Source of the DNA: Alphaproteobacteria bacterium
GTDB lineage: Bacteria; Pseudomonadota; Alphaproteobacteria; Rickettsiales; 21-14-0-20-44-7
Length of the DNA stretch: 64,000 nt
Assembly: GCA_043757405.1 (NCBI GenBank)
Contig: JAYVPI010000024.1
Coordinates: 16,412-80,411, forward strand
Reading direction: 5' to 3'
Shown: positions 30,676 through 39,906 of the stretch, piece by piece
How positions within the stretch are numbered: position 1 is the first letter of the stretch
Layout of the letters: each line of letters opens with the position of its first letter
Program-made: the position numbers and the translations under genes
Notes under the pieces: model-generated
Told to the model about the DNA's origin: nothing
The model's input: only the letters and a program-made list of their open reading frames with translations
Databases searched by the model: none

Positions 30676-30752
30676 GCACTCGTAGCTCAACTGGATAGAG
30701 CGTTGCCCTCCGAAGGCAAAGGTTTCGGGTTCGACTCCCGACGAGTGCACCA
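30676..30752 (+). tRNA. tRNA-Arg (anticodon CCG), CCA encoded
   Basis: Hand-folded cloverleaf: acceptor gcactcg/cgagtgc, D arm gctc..gagc, anticodon stem ttgcc/ggcaa with loop cTCCGaa, T arm tcggg-ttcgact-cccga. Confidence 0.9.
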
Positions 30753-30830
30753 TACTTCCTTTTGGTTATCATTATGCTCTAAAAGCGGCGTTGTTGCATG
30801 GTTAAAGATTCTATAGCAGGAATAAAGACC

Positions 30831-30922
30831 GTCATCCTCAAACCGAAGGTTCGGGGATCCAGGGCTACAGCCACCGGCGGAGTGTTTGACCATGGATCCC
30901 CGCCCAAACGGGCAAGGATGAC
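30831..30922. repeat. CGTCAT-type palindromic element (P3)
   Basis: gtcatcctcaaaccgaaggttcggggatccaggg ... ccatggatccccgcccaaacgggcaaggatgac. Confidence 0.85.
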
Positions 30923-31279
30923 CAAGTTTATTTCTGATAATCAAATATCAATAACTTACCGAACTATGTAACAACGCCTCTAAAAGCTTGATGAGAGCGT
31001 CTTTGGAGCGGTTCCAATCTCGTATCACGGTGATAAGGGATTTTGTCAGCGAAAATCACCCGCAACCTGCTGCGCTTTTACTTGAAGTTGCCACTATCCA
31101 AAGCTGGCGTCGGGCACATTAATTACCCCTAGTTAGTTTAATTTTACGTTGTTAATAAAGTCCAACGTATATTAAACAACTAGCGTGCCGGGAATAACCA
31201 TCCCACAGTAATTTGATCTTACTACAGAATCAGTCTGTCAACCCTATTTGGGCAGAGCGGCCTTGGGTAAAATGCAGAG

Positions 31280-31435
31280 TTATATTCGCCCTGTCAGCAG
31301 CAAGACCAGCAAGACAACCACAATTAGTGACAACCCGCCACTGGGACCATATCCCCATCCCTTACTATGCGGCCAAGCTGGCAGTGCGCCAAGCAACATC
31401 AATACTAATACAACTAATAAAATAGTTCCTAACAT
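31280..31435 (-). CDS. DUF3309-like small membrane protein (51 aa)
   Basis: MLGTILLVVLVLMLLGALPAWPHSKGWGYGPSGGLSLIVVVLLVLLLTGRI is the typical DUF3309 pattern. Confidence 0.6.
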   Translation of the reverse strand: MLGTILLVVLVLMLLGALPAWPHSKGWGYGPSGGLSLIVVVLLVLLLTGRI

Positions 31436-31527
31436 AAACCCTCCTATATGATTCACAGGAATTATATAAGCAGCATTCGGGGATGCGATTATGTTTTGGG
31501 GCAAAAGTTATAAGTAAGTGATAAGGA

Positions 31528-32463
31528 TCAATCCAAAAGCTTTGCCAGATCCCGTTTGGCATGGACTGCGGCAATTGCGGCCAATGCGAATTCCTGGCTG
31601 AAACTATTATTTGCCAGCGTATCCACAAGTTGCTTATCAGCACAGCCTAGCCGGATATTTTCCTCCAGCCATTTCCCCCATTCCGCGTTTACAGTATCAT
31701 CCCTCCCCTGTGGCGCGAGGCCGAATAAACGGTTGAGCAATGCATCATCAATAATTTTATTCACCCGCATATATTCCACCACCGCATGTGGCGAGTTATG
31801 TAGCGGAAATAATTTTACTCCCGGAAGGTCACAAAACGCCAATGCATGCGCGGCGTCATAATTCACGGCTTCATTGCGCTCTGCACCCCCACCTGGATTT
31901 GTGCCATAAAATATCTCAAATTCAGTTTTTGATTTCGTCCCTCTCAGCAGTTTCGGTAGATCATCATAAAAAATCTCCGGCGGCTCGGCAGCAACTTTCT
32001 TCACTAACTCCATCCACCGATAATCACGCAAAATCTCCAGTTTGGCGGTATCAAAACACGATAACGGCCCAAATGAGATCGCTTTATCCACTTCAAGCAG
32101 CGCACCATACATAATCGCCGCATATCCGCCCATCGACTGCCCGATCGTAATAATTTTCGACGGTTTTATTTGTTTGATTATATTGTTAATACCCGCAACA
32201 GTTTGCTCCACATTCCCGCCAAGTCCGGCAATTCCATAATGATACCAGGAACTGCTTTTATCGCGCAGCAACAATTTATTGATTTTTTTGCCCGATAAAA
32301 CCTCAAGCTTCTTTAGGCGCTTATAAAAATCAAATTGCGGATTTCCCGCCGCATCATAAAAACCAAAACAAATCGCCAATAACTCACCCTCACCTTGAAA
32401 ATCCAGCAAATACGATTCGCTGCTGGCATCGACTATTTCATTGGTGATTGGTGCTAATTCCAT
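31528..32463 (-). CDS. alpha/beta-hydrolase-like protein with a C-terminal WLEENI..GC module
   Basis: The nucleophile-elbow-like motif GQSMGG sits in a beta-strand/helix context. The C-terminal ~40 aa resemble the N-terminus of the neighbouring cupin gene. Confidence 0.55.
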   Translation of the reverse strand: MELAPITNEIVDASSESYLLDFQGEGELLAICFGFYDAAGNPQFDFYKRLKKLEVLSGKKINKLLLRDKSSSWYHYGIAGLGGNVEQTVAGINNIIKQIKPSKIITIGQSMGGYAAIMYGALLEVDKAISFGPLSCFDTAKLEILRDYRWMELVKKVAAEPPEIFYDDLPKLLRGTKSKTEFEIFYGTNPGGGAERNEAVNYDAAHALAFCDLPGVKLFPLHNSPHAVVEYMRVNKIIDDALLNRLFGLAPQGRDDTVNAEWGKWLEENIRLGCADKQLVDTLANNSFSQEFALAAIAAVHAKRDLAKLLD

Positions 32464-32506
32464 GTTCTTTCTTTAACTTATAACTTCCGATTTGTCTCCG
32501 ATAAAG

Positions 32507-32567
32507 GAGCCGTCAGCCCGCCGCATCCGGCGGCGTGAAGTAAAAGCGTGCTTTTATGGAACAATTA
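32507..32567. repeat. family C repeat copy 2
   Basis: gagccgtcagcccgccgcatccggcggcgtgaagtaaaagcgtgcttttatggaacaatta matches 4794-4856. Confidence 0.85.
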
Positions 32568-32571
32568 AAAA

Positions 32572-33588
32572 TCAATAGGCCGTATCGGCCGGATAGCCGA
32601 TAAACTCATTCGGCGCGTTGAAATTGGTGAAGCTCATGCTGATGCTGGTTTCCAAACCAATGACATGATGCCACCAACCGATTGGAACAAACAAGGCGTC
32701 TCCCGCCTCGACATCGACTTCGATAATATTAACCTTGCTATAATCGGGATGCGTTTCCTTGTTATGTTTGAGTAAATTCACTTCACTGTAAACATGCTTG
32801 TTATTATACATATAAGGCACCTGCAGCGACGGAATCAGCCGCCATTTTTTCTTGCCATAAAACTGGATGAAAAAATTATTCGTCAAATCATGATGCAGCG
32901 GCGTAATAATTCCCTTCGGCCCAATCCACAGGAAAATCCTATCCATCTCCTGTGCCGGATCAAGATAGCCGTCGCCAATATCACTCGTACCAGCCAATAA
33001 ATTCCGCAAATTGGAATTCCGAAACGCCTTATTGCCTGCCGTCAGGTAAAAATTATTGGTCTCGCCAGCATTCTCAACCATATCAATAAACTCGCCAAAC
33101 TTGATATCGCGGCGGTAATTATTGCTGTTCGGCTCATAATTCTCATCCTTGTCGCGGTCATATTGGATCTGCACGATCGAATCTGCGCCGACAATCGGCA
33201 CCAGGTCACGCGGCGTCCACTTCCGCGCCGGCCAATGATCAGCCGCGCCGGAGAAAAAACCCAACCGGTTCTTATAATAATAATCCCGCAAAAAATCCTT
33301 GAACGGCGGCAGCGGCACTTTCTCGATCTTCAAATAATCCGGCTGCCCCTTCGCCAAATCATCCAGTGTTTTCAACAACGCCTCGCGTTTTCTGGCCCTA
33401 TCAAGATATCTCCGCCCCGTATTCATCGCCGCCACGACATATGGATGCCCAGCCGCCGCAGCCAATTCCCGCTCCGCCTCATCCGGCGAAACCCCCGCCG
33501 CCAGCAATGCCGGTTTCAACTGTTCCGGAACACATCCACTGATGATATTCTCCGCAATCCAAGTCTGTAATTCTTTCGCTATCGCCAT
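32572..33588 (-). CDS. JmjC/cupin-8-like 2-oxoglutarate/Fe(II) oxygenase-fold protein
   Basis: GIITPLHHDLTNNFFIQFYGKKKWRLIP provides the HxD, and GDALFVPIGWWHHV provides the distal His. Confidence 0.7.
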   Translation of the reverse strand: MAIAKELQTWIAENIISGCVPEQLKPALLAAGVSPDEAERELAAAAGHPYVVAAMNTGRRYLDRARKREALLKTLDDLAKGQPDYLKIEKVPLPPFKDFLRDYYYKNRLGFFSGAADHWPARKWTPRDLVPIVGADSIVQIQYDRDKDENYEPNSNNYRRDIKFGEFIDMVENAGETNNFYLTAGNKAFRNSNLRNLLAGTSDIGDGYLDPAQEMDRIFLWIGPKGIITPLHHDLTNNFFIQFYGKKKWRLIPSLQVPYMYNNKHVYSEVNLLKHNKETHPDYSKVNIIEVDVEAGDALFVPIGWWHHVIGLETSISMSFTNFNAPNEFIGYPADTAY

Positions 33589-33643
33589 AGCTAACTAATT
33601 TAATGTTTTTGTATTAATAAAAAACTAAAATCTACGCCCGACC

Positions 33644-33714
33644 TGTCACCCCGTCGCATGACGGGGTCCAGCCGTCCTTGTAAACGCTAGACCCCGTCAT
33701 GCGACGGGGTGACA
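33644..33714. repeat. palindromic element with nested hairpins (P4)
   Basis: tgtcaccccgtcgcatgacggggtcc ... gaccccgtcatgcgacggggtgaca. It abuts the tsaD stop. Confidence 0.85.
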
Positions 33715-33715
33715 A

Positions 33716-34705
33716 TTATACTGCCAGTGGCCATCTAGCACGAGGCTTGAAATCCAGGCCATCCGCCAATCCCAGCCTCAATCTCTCAATTCCCGCCCAG
33801 GCAATCATCGCCGCGTTATCAGTACACAATCCAGGAGGCGGGCAGATAATTTGGATGTCCATTGAAGCCGCCAATTCCTTAAAACCTTCGCGCAAATGCA
33901 AATTTGCCGCCACTCCTCCGGCAATCACCACCCTCTCCACCGGACAAATCTTCAAAGCCTGGCACAATCTATCAACCAAAATCTCCCGGACCTTCTGTTG
34001 GAAAGTTGCACATATATCCTCACGCCTATGCTTTTTCTCATCAACAACCTTCTTCACCGCCGTCTTCAACCCAGAAAACGAAAAATCGCAACCTTTCCTC
34101 CCCAAAAGCGGATTCGGCAATTCAAACGCACAGCTATTGCCCCCACGCGCCATTGCCTCAACCTTCGGCCCGCCCGGCATCCCTAAATCCAGCATCTTCG
34201 CCAATTTATCAAATGACTCTCCCACCGCATCATCAAGCGTCTCGCCCAATAACTTATATTTCCCGACACCCTCAACAAACAATATCTGGCAATGCCCCCC
34301 TGAAACCAGCAGCAATAAATACGGAAAACTCACATCATCCGTCAGCCGCGCCGTCAACGCATGCCCCTCCAGGTGATTCACAGCAATAAATGGCTTCCCC
34401 AACGCACTGGCAAGCGCCTTTGCCTCCATCAATCCGACAATCAAACCCCCAATCAGCCCCGGCCCAGCAGTAACCGCAATCCCATCAATCTCCCCAATCG
34501 CCAAACCCGCCTCAGCCAGCGCCTGCTCGATTATCCCATCCAGAAACTCAATATGCGCCCGGCTGGCAATTTCCGGCACCACACCACCATAAACCGCATG
34601 CTCTTGCACCTGGCTACGCACAATATTAGCCAATATCTCCCGATCAGCCGTCACCACCGCCGCCGCCGTCTCATCACAACTGGTTTCAATGCCCAAAATT
34701 CTCAT
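33716..34705 (-). CDS. tsaD: tRNA N6-adenosine threonylcarbamoyltransferase TsaD
   Basis: Motifs [25 protein letters not shown] and GGVAAN. Confidence 0.9.
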   Translation of the reverse strand: MRILGIETSCDETAAAVVTADREILANIVRSQVQEHAVYGGVVPEIASRAHIEFLDGIIEQALAEAGLAIGEIDGIAVTAGPGLIGGLIVGLMEAKALASALGKPFIAVNHLEGHALTARLTDDVSFPYLLLLVSGGHCQILFVEGVGKYKLLGETLDDAVGESFDKLAKMLDLGMPGGPKVEAMARGGNSCAFELPNPLLGRKGCDFSFSGLKTAVKKVVDEKKHRREDICATFQQKVREILVDRLCQALKICPVERVVIAGGVAANLHLREGFKELAASMDIQIICPPPGLCTDNAAMIAWAGIERLRLGLADGLDFKPRARWPLAV

Positions 34706-34743
34706 AACCTATCAATAACCCTTCCAAACACCTTAGGCAACAC

Positions 34744-34830
34744 CCTGAGGGAGGGCACTAGACCCGACCGAGCGAGCCCATTGAGGGCGACAGCTGCCCG
34801 CAGGGCATGCGCGGCGCTTGAGCGCAAATT
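34744..34830. repeat. family B repeat copy
   Basis: cctgagggagggcactagacccgaccgagcgagcccattgagggcgacagctgcccgcagggcatgcgcggcgcttgagcgcaaatt. It ends 4 nt before the stop of the ankyrin gene. Confidence 0.9.
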
Positions 34831-34834
34831 ATAA

Positions 34835-35794
34835 TTACTTCGTGTTTTGTCTATATTGCTGCATATCCATTTTACTGGCATTCCACTTCCCGGCGATTTT
34901 CTGGCAGCGATTGTTCAAATCCTCGTCCGTGCCGATCCCGTTTAACTCGCGGTTTTCGTTGGTTTCATAAAATCTCAATTGCGTAATAATTTCTCCCCTG
35001 GAAGAAATTTGTATACTCCTCAACTCAGGATCAGTCATACGGAACAGCATTTTTATCCGGATTGCCGTATCATCAATTTCCGCACTATTAGCGGTAATCA
35101 CATTATTAAACGCCACCATATTGATGCCCTTGGGTTGTGTGGAAATATAAAAGTTCAAATATTCACTGGCGCAGCTGAGAAATGAATATTGCTGGACTAG
35201 CTTGATGAAATTATCTTGGCTTTTCAAGGACTCGACTTTGTCTTTTTCATTCTCCAAACCCGCATTTAATATTTTTACGATCTGCAAATTCCCCCGCGTC
35301 TCAGCAATCGTCAGCAAATCATTTCCTTCGTGGTCACGCACCGCTCCCAATACTGCCCGGTTATCAATTAATATCTGCAATACATCCGGCCTTCCGCCCC
35401 TCACCGCCTCCAAAACCGCCATATTGCCGTCTATGGCTATCTTGTTGACGTTGGATCCGCCTTTAATCAGAGCCTCAACAATTTTTGGCCCCTCATCATC
35501 CTTCCTAATCGTGGCAATTAGCAAAACCGGCAGGCCAGCCGCATTCTTTGCTTCCGGATCGGCGCCTTTATCCAATAATAACTTAACATCATCTGCACGC
35601 CCGAAAGCGGCGCGATAAACCAAATCCTGCGTTAGCGATGCATCGATAGGCTTTTTTATAACTGCATCTTTTTTGCCCTTATCCCGGCTTGCCGCGAAAT
35701 ATGACTTTTGCTCCGCCGCATAACTCGAAACACACGAAATTAATGCCAAAACCAGCACAAATACGGCAAAAATGGTGTTTTTATTTGTTATCAT
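34835..35794 (-). CDS. exported ankyrin-repeat protein
   Basis: Signal peptide/lipobox (FVLVLALISC) followed by ankyrin repeats (LLLDKGADPEAKNAAGLPVL, ALIKGGSNVNK, ILIDNRAVLGAVRDHEGNDLL). Confidence 0.8.
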   Translation of the reverse strand: MITNKNTIFAVFVLVLALISCVSSYAAEQKSYFAASRDKGKKDAVIKKPIDASLTQDLVYRAAFGRADDVKLLLDKGADPEAKNAAGLPVLLIATIRKDDEGPKIVEALIKGGSNVNKIAIDGNMAVLEAVRGGRPDVLQILIDNRAVLGAVRDHEGNDLLTIAETRGNLQIVKILNAGLENEKDKVESLKSQDNFIKLVQQYSFLSCASEYLNFYISTQPKGINMVAFNNVITANSAEIDDTAIRIKMLFRMTDPELRSIQISSRGEIITQLRFYETNENRELNGIGTDEDLNNRCQKIAGKWNASKMDMQQYRQNTK

Positions 35795-35835
35795 TGTTAT
35801 ACAAGCTATTATAACAGAAATTATTATGTATTTAA

Positions 35836-37074
35836 ATGATATACAAGCAGATTACCGATTATTGTACCGGCGATAATGTTGTTACCAAGGACGAGATCAA
35901 AGCCTTGCAGCTTGAGGCGGCAGAAATCCTCAAAACCCTCAAAAACGATGAAAGCTCCGGCAAATTGCCCATCATCTCCCTTGCCCGCCGCACGGATGAC
36001 CTTCCCGAAATCGAAGAATTCGCCGCTAATATCCGCAAAAATTTCGATAATTTAGTCGTGCTTGGTACCGGCGGCTCCTCCCTTTGCGGCCATGCCGTTG
36101 CCGGTTTCATGCAAAACGAATTCACCAAAAACTCCCCCAAACTCATATTCATGCAGAATATCGATCCAAAAACCTTCGCCGATTTCTTCGCCACCATCAA
36201 TTTAAAACGCACCGCCTTCCTCGCCATTTCCAAATCCGGCGTAAGCGTCGAAACCCTGATGCAATTATTACTTTGCCTTGAACAAGCCAAAAACCTGGAT
36301 ATCAAACACCACTTCTTCGCCATTACGGAACCCGGTAATAATATCCTCCGCAACATCGCCGCCAAACACGGTATCAAAGTTTATGACCATGACGCAGGAG
36401 TCGGTGGCCGCTTCTCCATCCTTTCGCTCGTAGGCCTAATGCCCGGAGTCATCGCCGGAATCGACGCCAAACAATTCCGCACCGGCGCCTGGGAATTTTT
36501 TGATAAACACGCCGGACTAGCCGCCGAAGCCGCCGCCATCCATGTCGCATTAATGCGCAAAGGCATCTGGCAAAATGTATTGATGACATATCCCGACCGC
36601 CTGGAACATTTCAACATCTGGCACCGCCAAATCTGGGCAGAGTCCCTGGGCAAAAACGGCGCCGGCTCCACCCCAATAAAAGCCACCGGCACACTCGACC
36701 AGCACAGCCAGATGCAATTATATTTGGATGGCCGCAAAGACAAATTCTTCAGCTTTATCATCCTCGACCATCAAGACAAACTCTCCATCGGCAACGACAT
36801 CAACCCCGAACTCGCCTATTTAAACGGCAAAACTTTGGGCGACTTAATCAACGCCGAACAACGCGCCACGATAGAAACCCTCTGCAACCGCAAACGCCCA
36901 GTCCGCGTAATCTGCCTGCAAACCCTGACCGCGGAAACCTTCGGCATGCTAACCATGCACCTAATGCTCGAAACCATAATCACCGCCCATTTACTGGGCG
37001 TGAACCCCTATGACCAACCGGCGGTAGAGGCAGGTAAGGTTCTGACTCGCAAGATTATGAGCGGGATTTTATAA
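35836..37074 (+). CDS. pgi: glucose-6-phosphate isomerase (short form)
   Basis: SIS-domain motifs LGTGGSSL and ISKSGVSVET, plus GGRFSILS. Confidence 0.85.
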   Translation: MIYKQITDYCTGDNVVTKDEIKALQLEAAEILKTLKNDESSGKLPIISLARRTDDLPEIEEFAANIRKNFDNLVVLGTGGSSLCGHAVAGFMQNEFTKNSPKLIFMQNIDPKTFADFFATINLKRTAFLAISKSGVSVETLMQLLLCLEQAKNLDIKHHFFAITEPGNNILRNIAAKHGIKVYDHDAGVGGRFSILSLVGLMPGVIAGIDAKQFRTGAWEFFDKHAGLAAEAAAIHVALMRKGIWQNVLMTYPDRLEHFNIWHRQIWAESLGKNGAGSTPIKATGTLDQHSQMQLYLDGRKDKFFSFIILDHQDKLSIGNDINPELAYLNGKTLGDLINAEQRATIETLCNRKRPVRVICLQTLTAETFGMLTMHLMLETIITAHLLGVNPYDQPAVEAGKVLTRKIMSGIL

Positions 37075-37623
37075 CCCCAGTGCCGCTTCTCTAGACATAT
37101 TTCTTTTGGCAATTTGCCCAATTTCATCCACACGTCTTTTTGCATTCCATATCGGACGCAAATCAGGATGGAGTAACTCAATCATTTCAGCTTCTTGCGC
37201 ATCTACAGCTTTTCTAAGAGTGTCATAAAGTTGTAGCGCCCCTTCTCCCCCCGCTTCCCAAGTTCTGCGGTCGGCGTCAATTTCTAATTCATCGGATTTA
37301 TAGGCCTGTATCAGCATCATTGCGCTAACTACATCATAACCGCAAAACTCATTAGCGAATGCTGTAAAGACAGTATTCATATCAAATTTAAGCCTTCTCG
37401 ATAGGCTCTGCACCTTCTCCCAAGGTGTTTCTCTACCGGCCCTAACTCTAAGCATCGCTCCGATTAAGATAAGTTTTCCGGGAAAATCATGATGAAATTT
37501 TTGATGAAAATTCATCTTAGGTCTTTCGGTGTTTGCAGGAATTTTTATTATCACTTCAGTACAAAACTCTGCAGCTTCGCTGCAAAGTCTTTTTGTTCTA
37601 TCAATATCACTTTCATCAGGCAT
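37069..37623 (-). CDS. hypothetical protein, 184 aa, orphan
   Basis: A+T-rich ORF convergent with pgi. The two stop codons share the palindrome TTATAA. Confidence 0.45.
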   Translation of the reverse strand: MPDESDIDRTKRLCSEAAEFCTEVIIKIPANTERPKMNFHQKFHHDFPGKLILIGAMLRVRAGRETPWEKVQSLSRRLKFDMNTVFTAFANEFCGYDVVSAMMLIQAYKSDELEIDADRRTWEAGGEGALQLYDTLRKAVDAQEAEMIELLHPDLRPIWNAKRRVDEIGQIAKRNMSREAALGL

Positions 37624-37660
37624 AGATTTAAATATAAAGAAATTTTAATTATTGTCAATA

Positions 37661-39292
37661 TCAAGCCATCAGCTTCGCCGCCGCCGCACGCGCTTCGTCG
37701 GTAATCTCCGCACCCGCCAGCATCCGCGCTAGTTCTTCCTTGCGCTCGGTGGCTTTCAACTCCACCACGCTGGTGACGTTTTGTTTGGCTTTCACCGCTT
37801 TGGAAACCTTCAAATGATGCTCCGCCAGCGCCGCTACCTGCGGCAGATGCGTCACCACGAAAACCTGTAATTCCTTGCCCAGTTTCGCCAGCCTCTCGCC
37901 AATCGATGCCGCAATCGAGCCGCCTGTGCCTGTATCAATCTCATCAAATATAATCGTCGGCGCTGATGACGCCCCCAATAACACAACCTTAAACGCCAGC
38001 ATAAACCGCGAAATTTCTCCGCCGGAAGCAATATCCGCCAGCACCGATAACGGCGTCCCCGGATTAGTGGACGCCAAAAACTCCACCCTATCAACACCCC
38101 TGGCATTCGCCACCTGCGCTTCAAACTTCACCTGGAATTTCGTCCCGCCCATCGCCAGCGGTTTCAACTCCGCCAATAATTTCTGCTCAATCTTTTTCGC
38201 CGCGACTTTCCTTTTCTCAGAAATCGCGCCAGCTTGTTTTGTATATTCAGCAGCTAATTCCCCCACACGTTTTTCCAACGCCTTCAAATCAACTTCTTCG
38301 TCACCAAGCAGCTTCAACTTCTCCTGAATTTCGATGAGCAACTCCGCCAACTGGTCCGGATGCCGCTCATATTTGCGCGATAATTCCCGAATCTTGAACA
38401 AGCGCTCCTCTAACATCCCCAACTTATCCGGATTAACATTAATATCATTCTCCAGCCGCTCAATCTCGGCAAAAGCCTCACCCATCTCAACTGATGCTTT
38501 CTCCAAAGAATCAATCGCTTTCACAAACTTGGAATTATTCGCGCGCACCAAAATCTTCTGCGCTTTAACGATTGCTGAATCAATATTCTTATCCCGCGTC
38601 AACTCCTCAACTACATCACGCAAAACCTTGGTGATCTTCTCATAATCCATCATCTCCCGCCGCTCATCCGCCAGTTTTTCTTCCTCACCCGGCAGCGCCT
38701 TCAATTCCGCCAATTCATCCGCAACATGGCGCAAATAATCTTCCTCTTTCTTCGCCTCCGCAATTTTATTTCGCCTGTCGCCGAGTTCTTTTTCCGTATC
38801 TTTCCACTCACCAAACGCCTTTCCCAACTCCACCAAATCTTTATCAAGTTTCGCATATTTATCGATGATATCGCGTTGAGCTATCGCATCCAAAAGCCGG
38901 GATTGATCATGCTGCCCATGAATCTCCACAATATTCTGCCCAATCTCCTCCAATAATTTCACCCCAACCGGCGTATCATTCACAAACGCTTTCGATTTCC
39001 CATCCGCGCCAATTTTCCGCCGAATCACCAACGCGTCATTATCAATTTCATTCTCCGCCAGAATCGCCCTCACCTGTTTATTCGGCACAAACTCCCCCGT
39101 CACTTCCCCAGTTTCCACCCCAAAGCGCAAAATAGAAGCATCCGCCTTTTTACCCAGCAATAAACCCAGCGACGTCAAAACAATAGATTTCCCCGCCCCG
39201 GTCTCACCCGTCAGCGCCGTGAAACCGGACTTAAATTCCAGTTCCAAATTCTCAATCAGGACAATATTCTTGATATGTATCGATTGCAGCAT
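37661..39292 (-). CDS. recN: DNA repair protein RecN
   Basis: Walker A GETGAGKS, a long coiled coil, and the C-terminal SGGEISR signature. The start is taken at MLQSIHIKNI. Confidence 0.9.
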   Translation of the reverse strand: MLQSIHIKNIVLIENLELEFKSGFTALTGETGAGKSIVLTSLGLLLGKKADASILRFGVETGEVTGEFVPNKQVRAILAENEIDNDALVIRRKIGADGKSKAFVNDTPVGVKLLEEIGQNIVEIHGQHDQSRLLDAIAQRDIIDKYAKLDKDLVELGKAFGEWKDTEKELGDRRNKIAEAKKEEDYLRHVADELAELKALPGEEEKLADERREMMDYEKITKVLRDVVEELTRDKNIDSAIVKAQKILVRANNSKFVKAIDSLEKASVEMGEAFAEIERLENDINVNPDKLGMLEERLFKIRELSRKYERHPDQLAELLIEIQEKLKLLGDEEVDLKALEKRVGELAAEYTKQAGAISEKRKVAAKKIEQKLLAELKPLAMGGTKFQVKFEAQVANARGVDRVEFLASTNPGTPLSVLADIASGGEISRFMLAFKVVLLGASSAPTIIFDEIDTGTGGSIAASIGERLAKLGKELQVFVVTHLPQVAALAEHHLKVSKAVKAKQNVTSVVELKATERKEELARMLAGAEITDEARAAAAKLMA

Positions 39293-39311
39293 GGAGATTA
39301 ATATAAAGCAT

Positions 39312-39652
39312 CTAATCAGAATACTCAAACCTATCCCGATAAACCGTAACCAGTTTATTATCAGAGGAAAGTTTTGCAATCTCCGGCCAATATTTCTCTA
39401 TAAAAGATAAAAATTCCCTGCGCTTCATATTTCCGGTTTTCAAATGGATGACTTTTGGCGGCGGGCCGGAGATTTTAATTTTACCGACAAAATCAGAATC
39501 TTTGGTAACAATAGTCATTTCATGCTTCGTCGCATATTCCCAAATAACTTCATCTGAGGGGCGTTCTGATATATTTATGGCTAGGCCACCGGTAAATCAG
39601 TTATACAGTCTATTCCGCAATGGATATTTTCATCAATGAGATAGGATTTCAT
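39312..39652 (-). pseudogene. frameshifted DUF5615-type PIN-like toxin gene
   Basis: MKSYLIDENIHCGIDCITDLPVA* and then, in another frame, GLAINISERPSDEVIWEYATKHEMTIVTKDSDF... The ATG overlaps the upstream stop as TAATG. Confidence 0.55.
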
Positions 39653-39879
39653 TATAAAGTGATGATATTATACGGATGGTTCATGGATTTCGCCGCATAA
39701 TCTATGCAGGCATATATATCAGCCTCAGTAACTCTGGGATAAGACTTCAAAACTTCCGCCATCGGGTCACCCGCCGCCAATTGCTCAAGCACGGCACTCA
39801 CGGTAACTCTGGTTCCCGCTACTACCGGTTTGCCGCTGCAAACTCCGCTCTCAATCTCATTCTGCCGAATCTCATATGT
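39652..39879 (-). pseudogene. DUF433-type antitoxin gene lacking an in-frame ATG
   Basis: Reads ..EIESGVCSGKPVVAGTRVTVSAVLEQLAAGDPMAEVLKSYPRVTEADIYACIDYA.. The only nearby ATG is in a different frame. Confidence 0.5.
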
Positions 39880-39906
39880 TTATGTTAGCAGAACCAACGC
39901 AAACGT

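Noticed and set aside
30687-30944. 85-aa ORF on the minus strand.
   Set aside because: It overlaps tRNA-Arg and a palindromic repeat. Its translation is repeat-derived.
31018-31040. Possible direct repeat of the tRNA-Arg 3-prime end (ggttccaatctcgtatcac versus ggttcgactcccgacgagtgcac) marking an island boundary.
   Set aside because: Only about 60% of positions match by eye, which is not distinguishable from chance.
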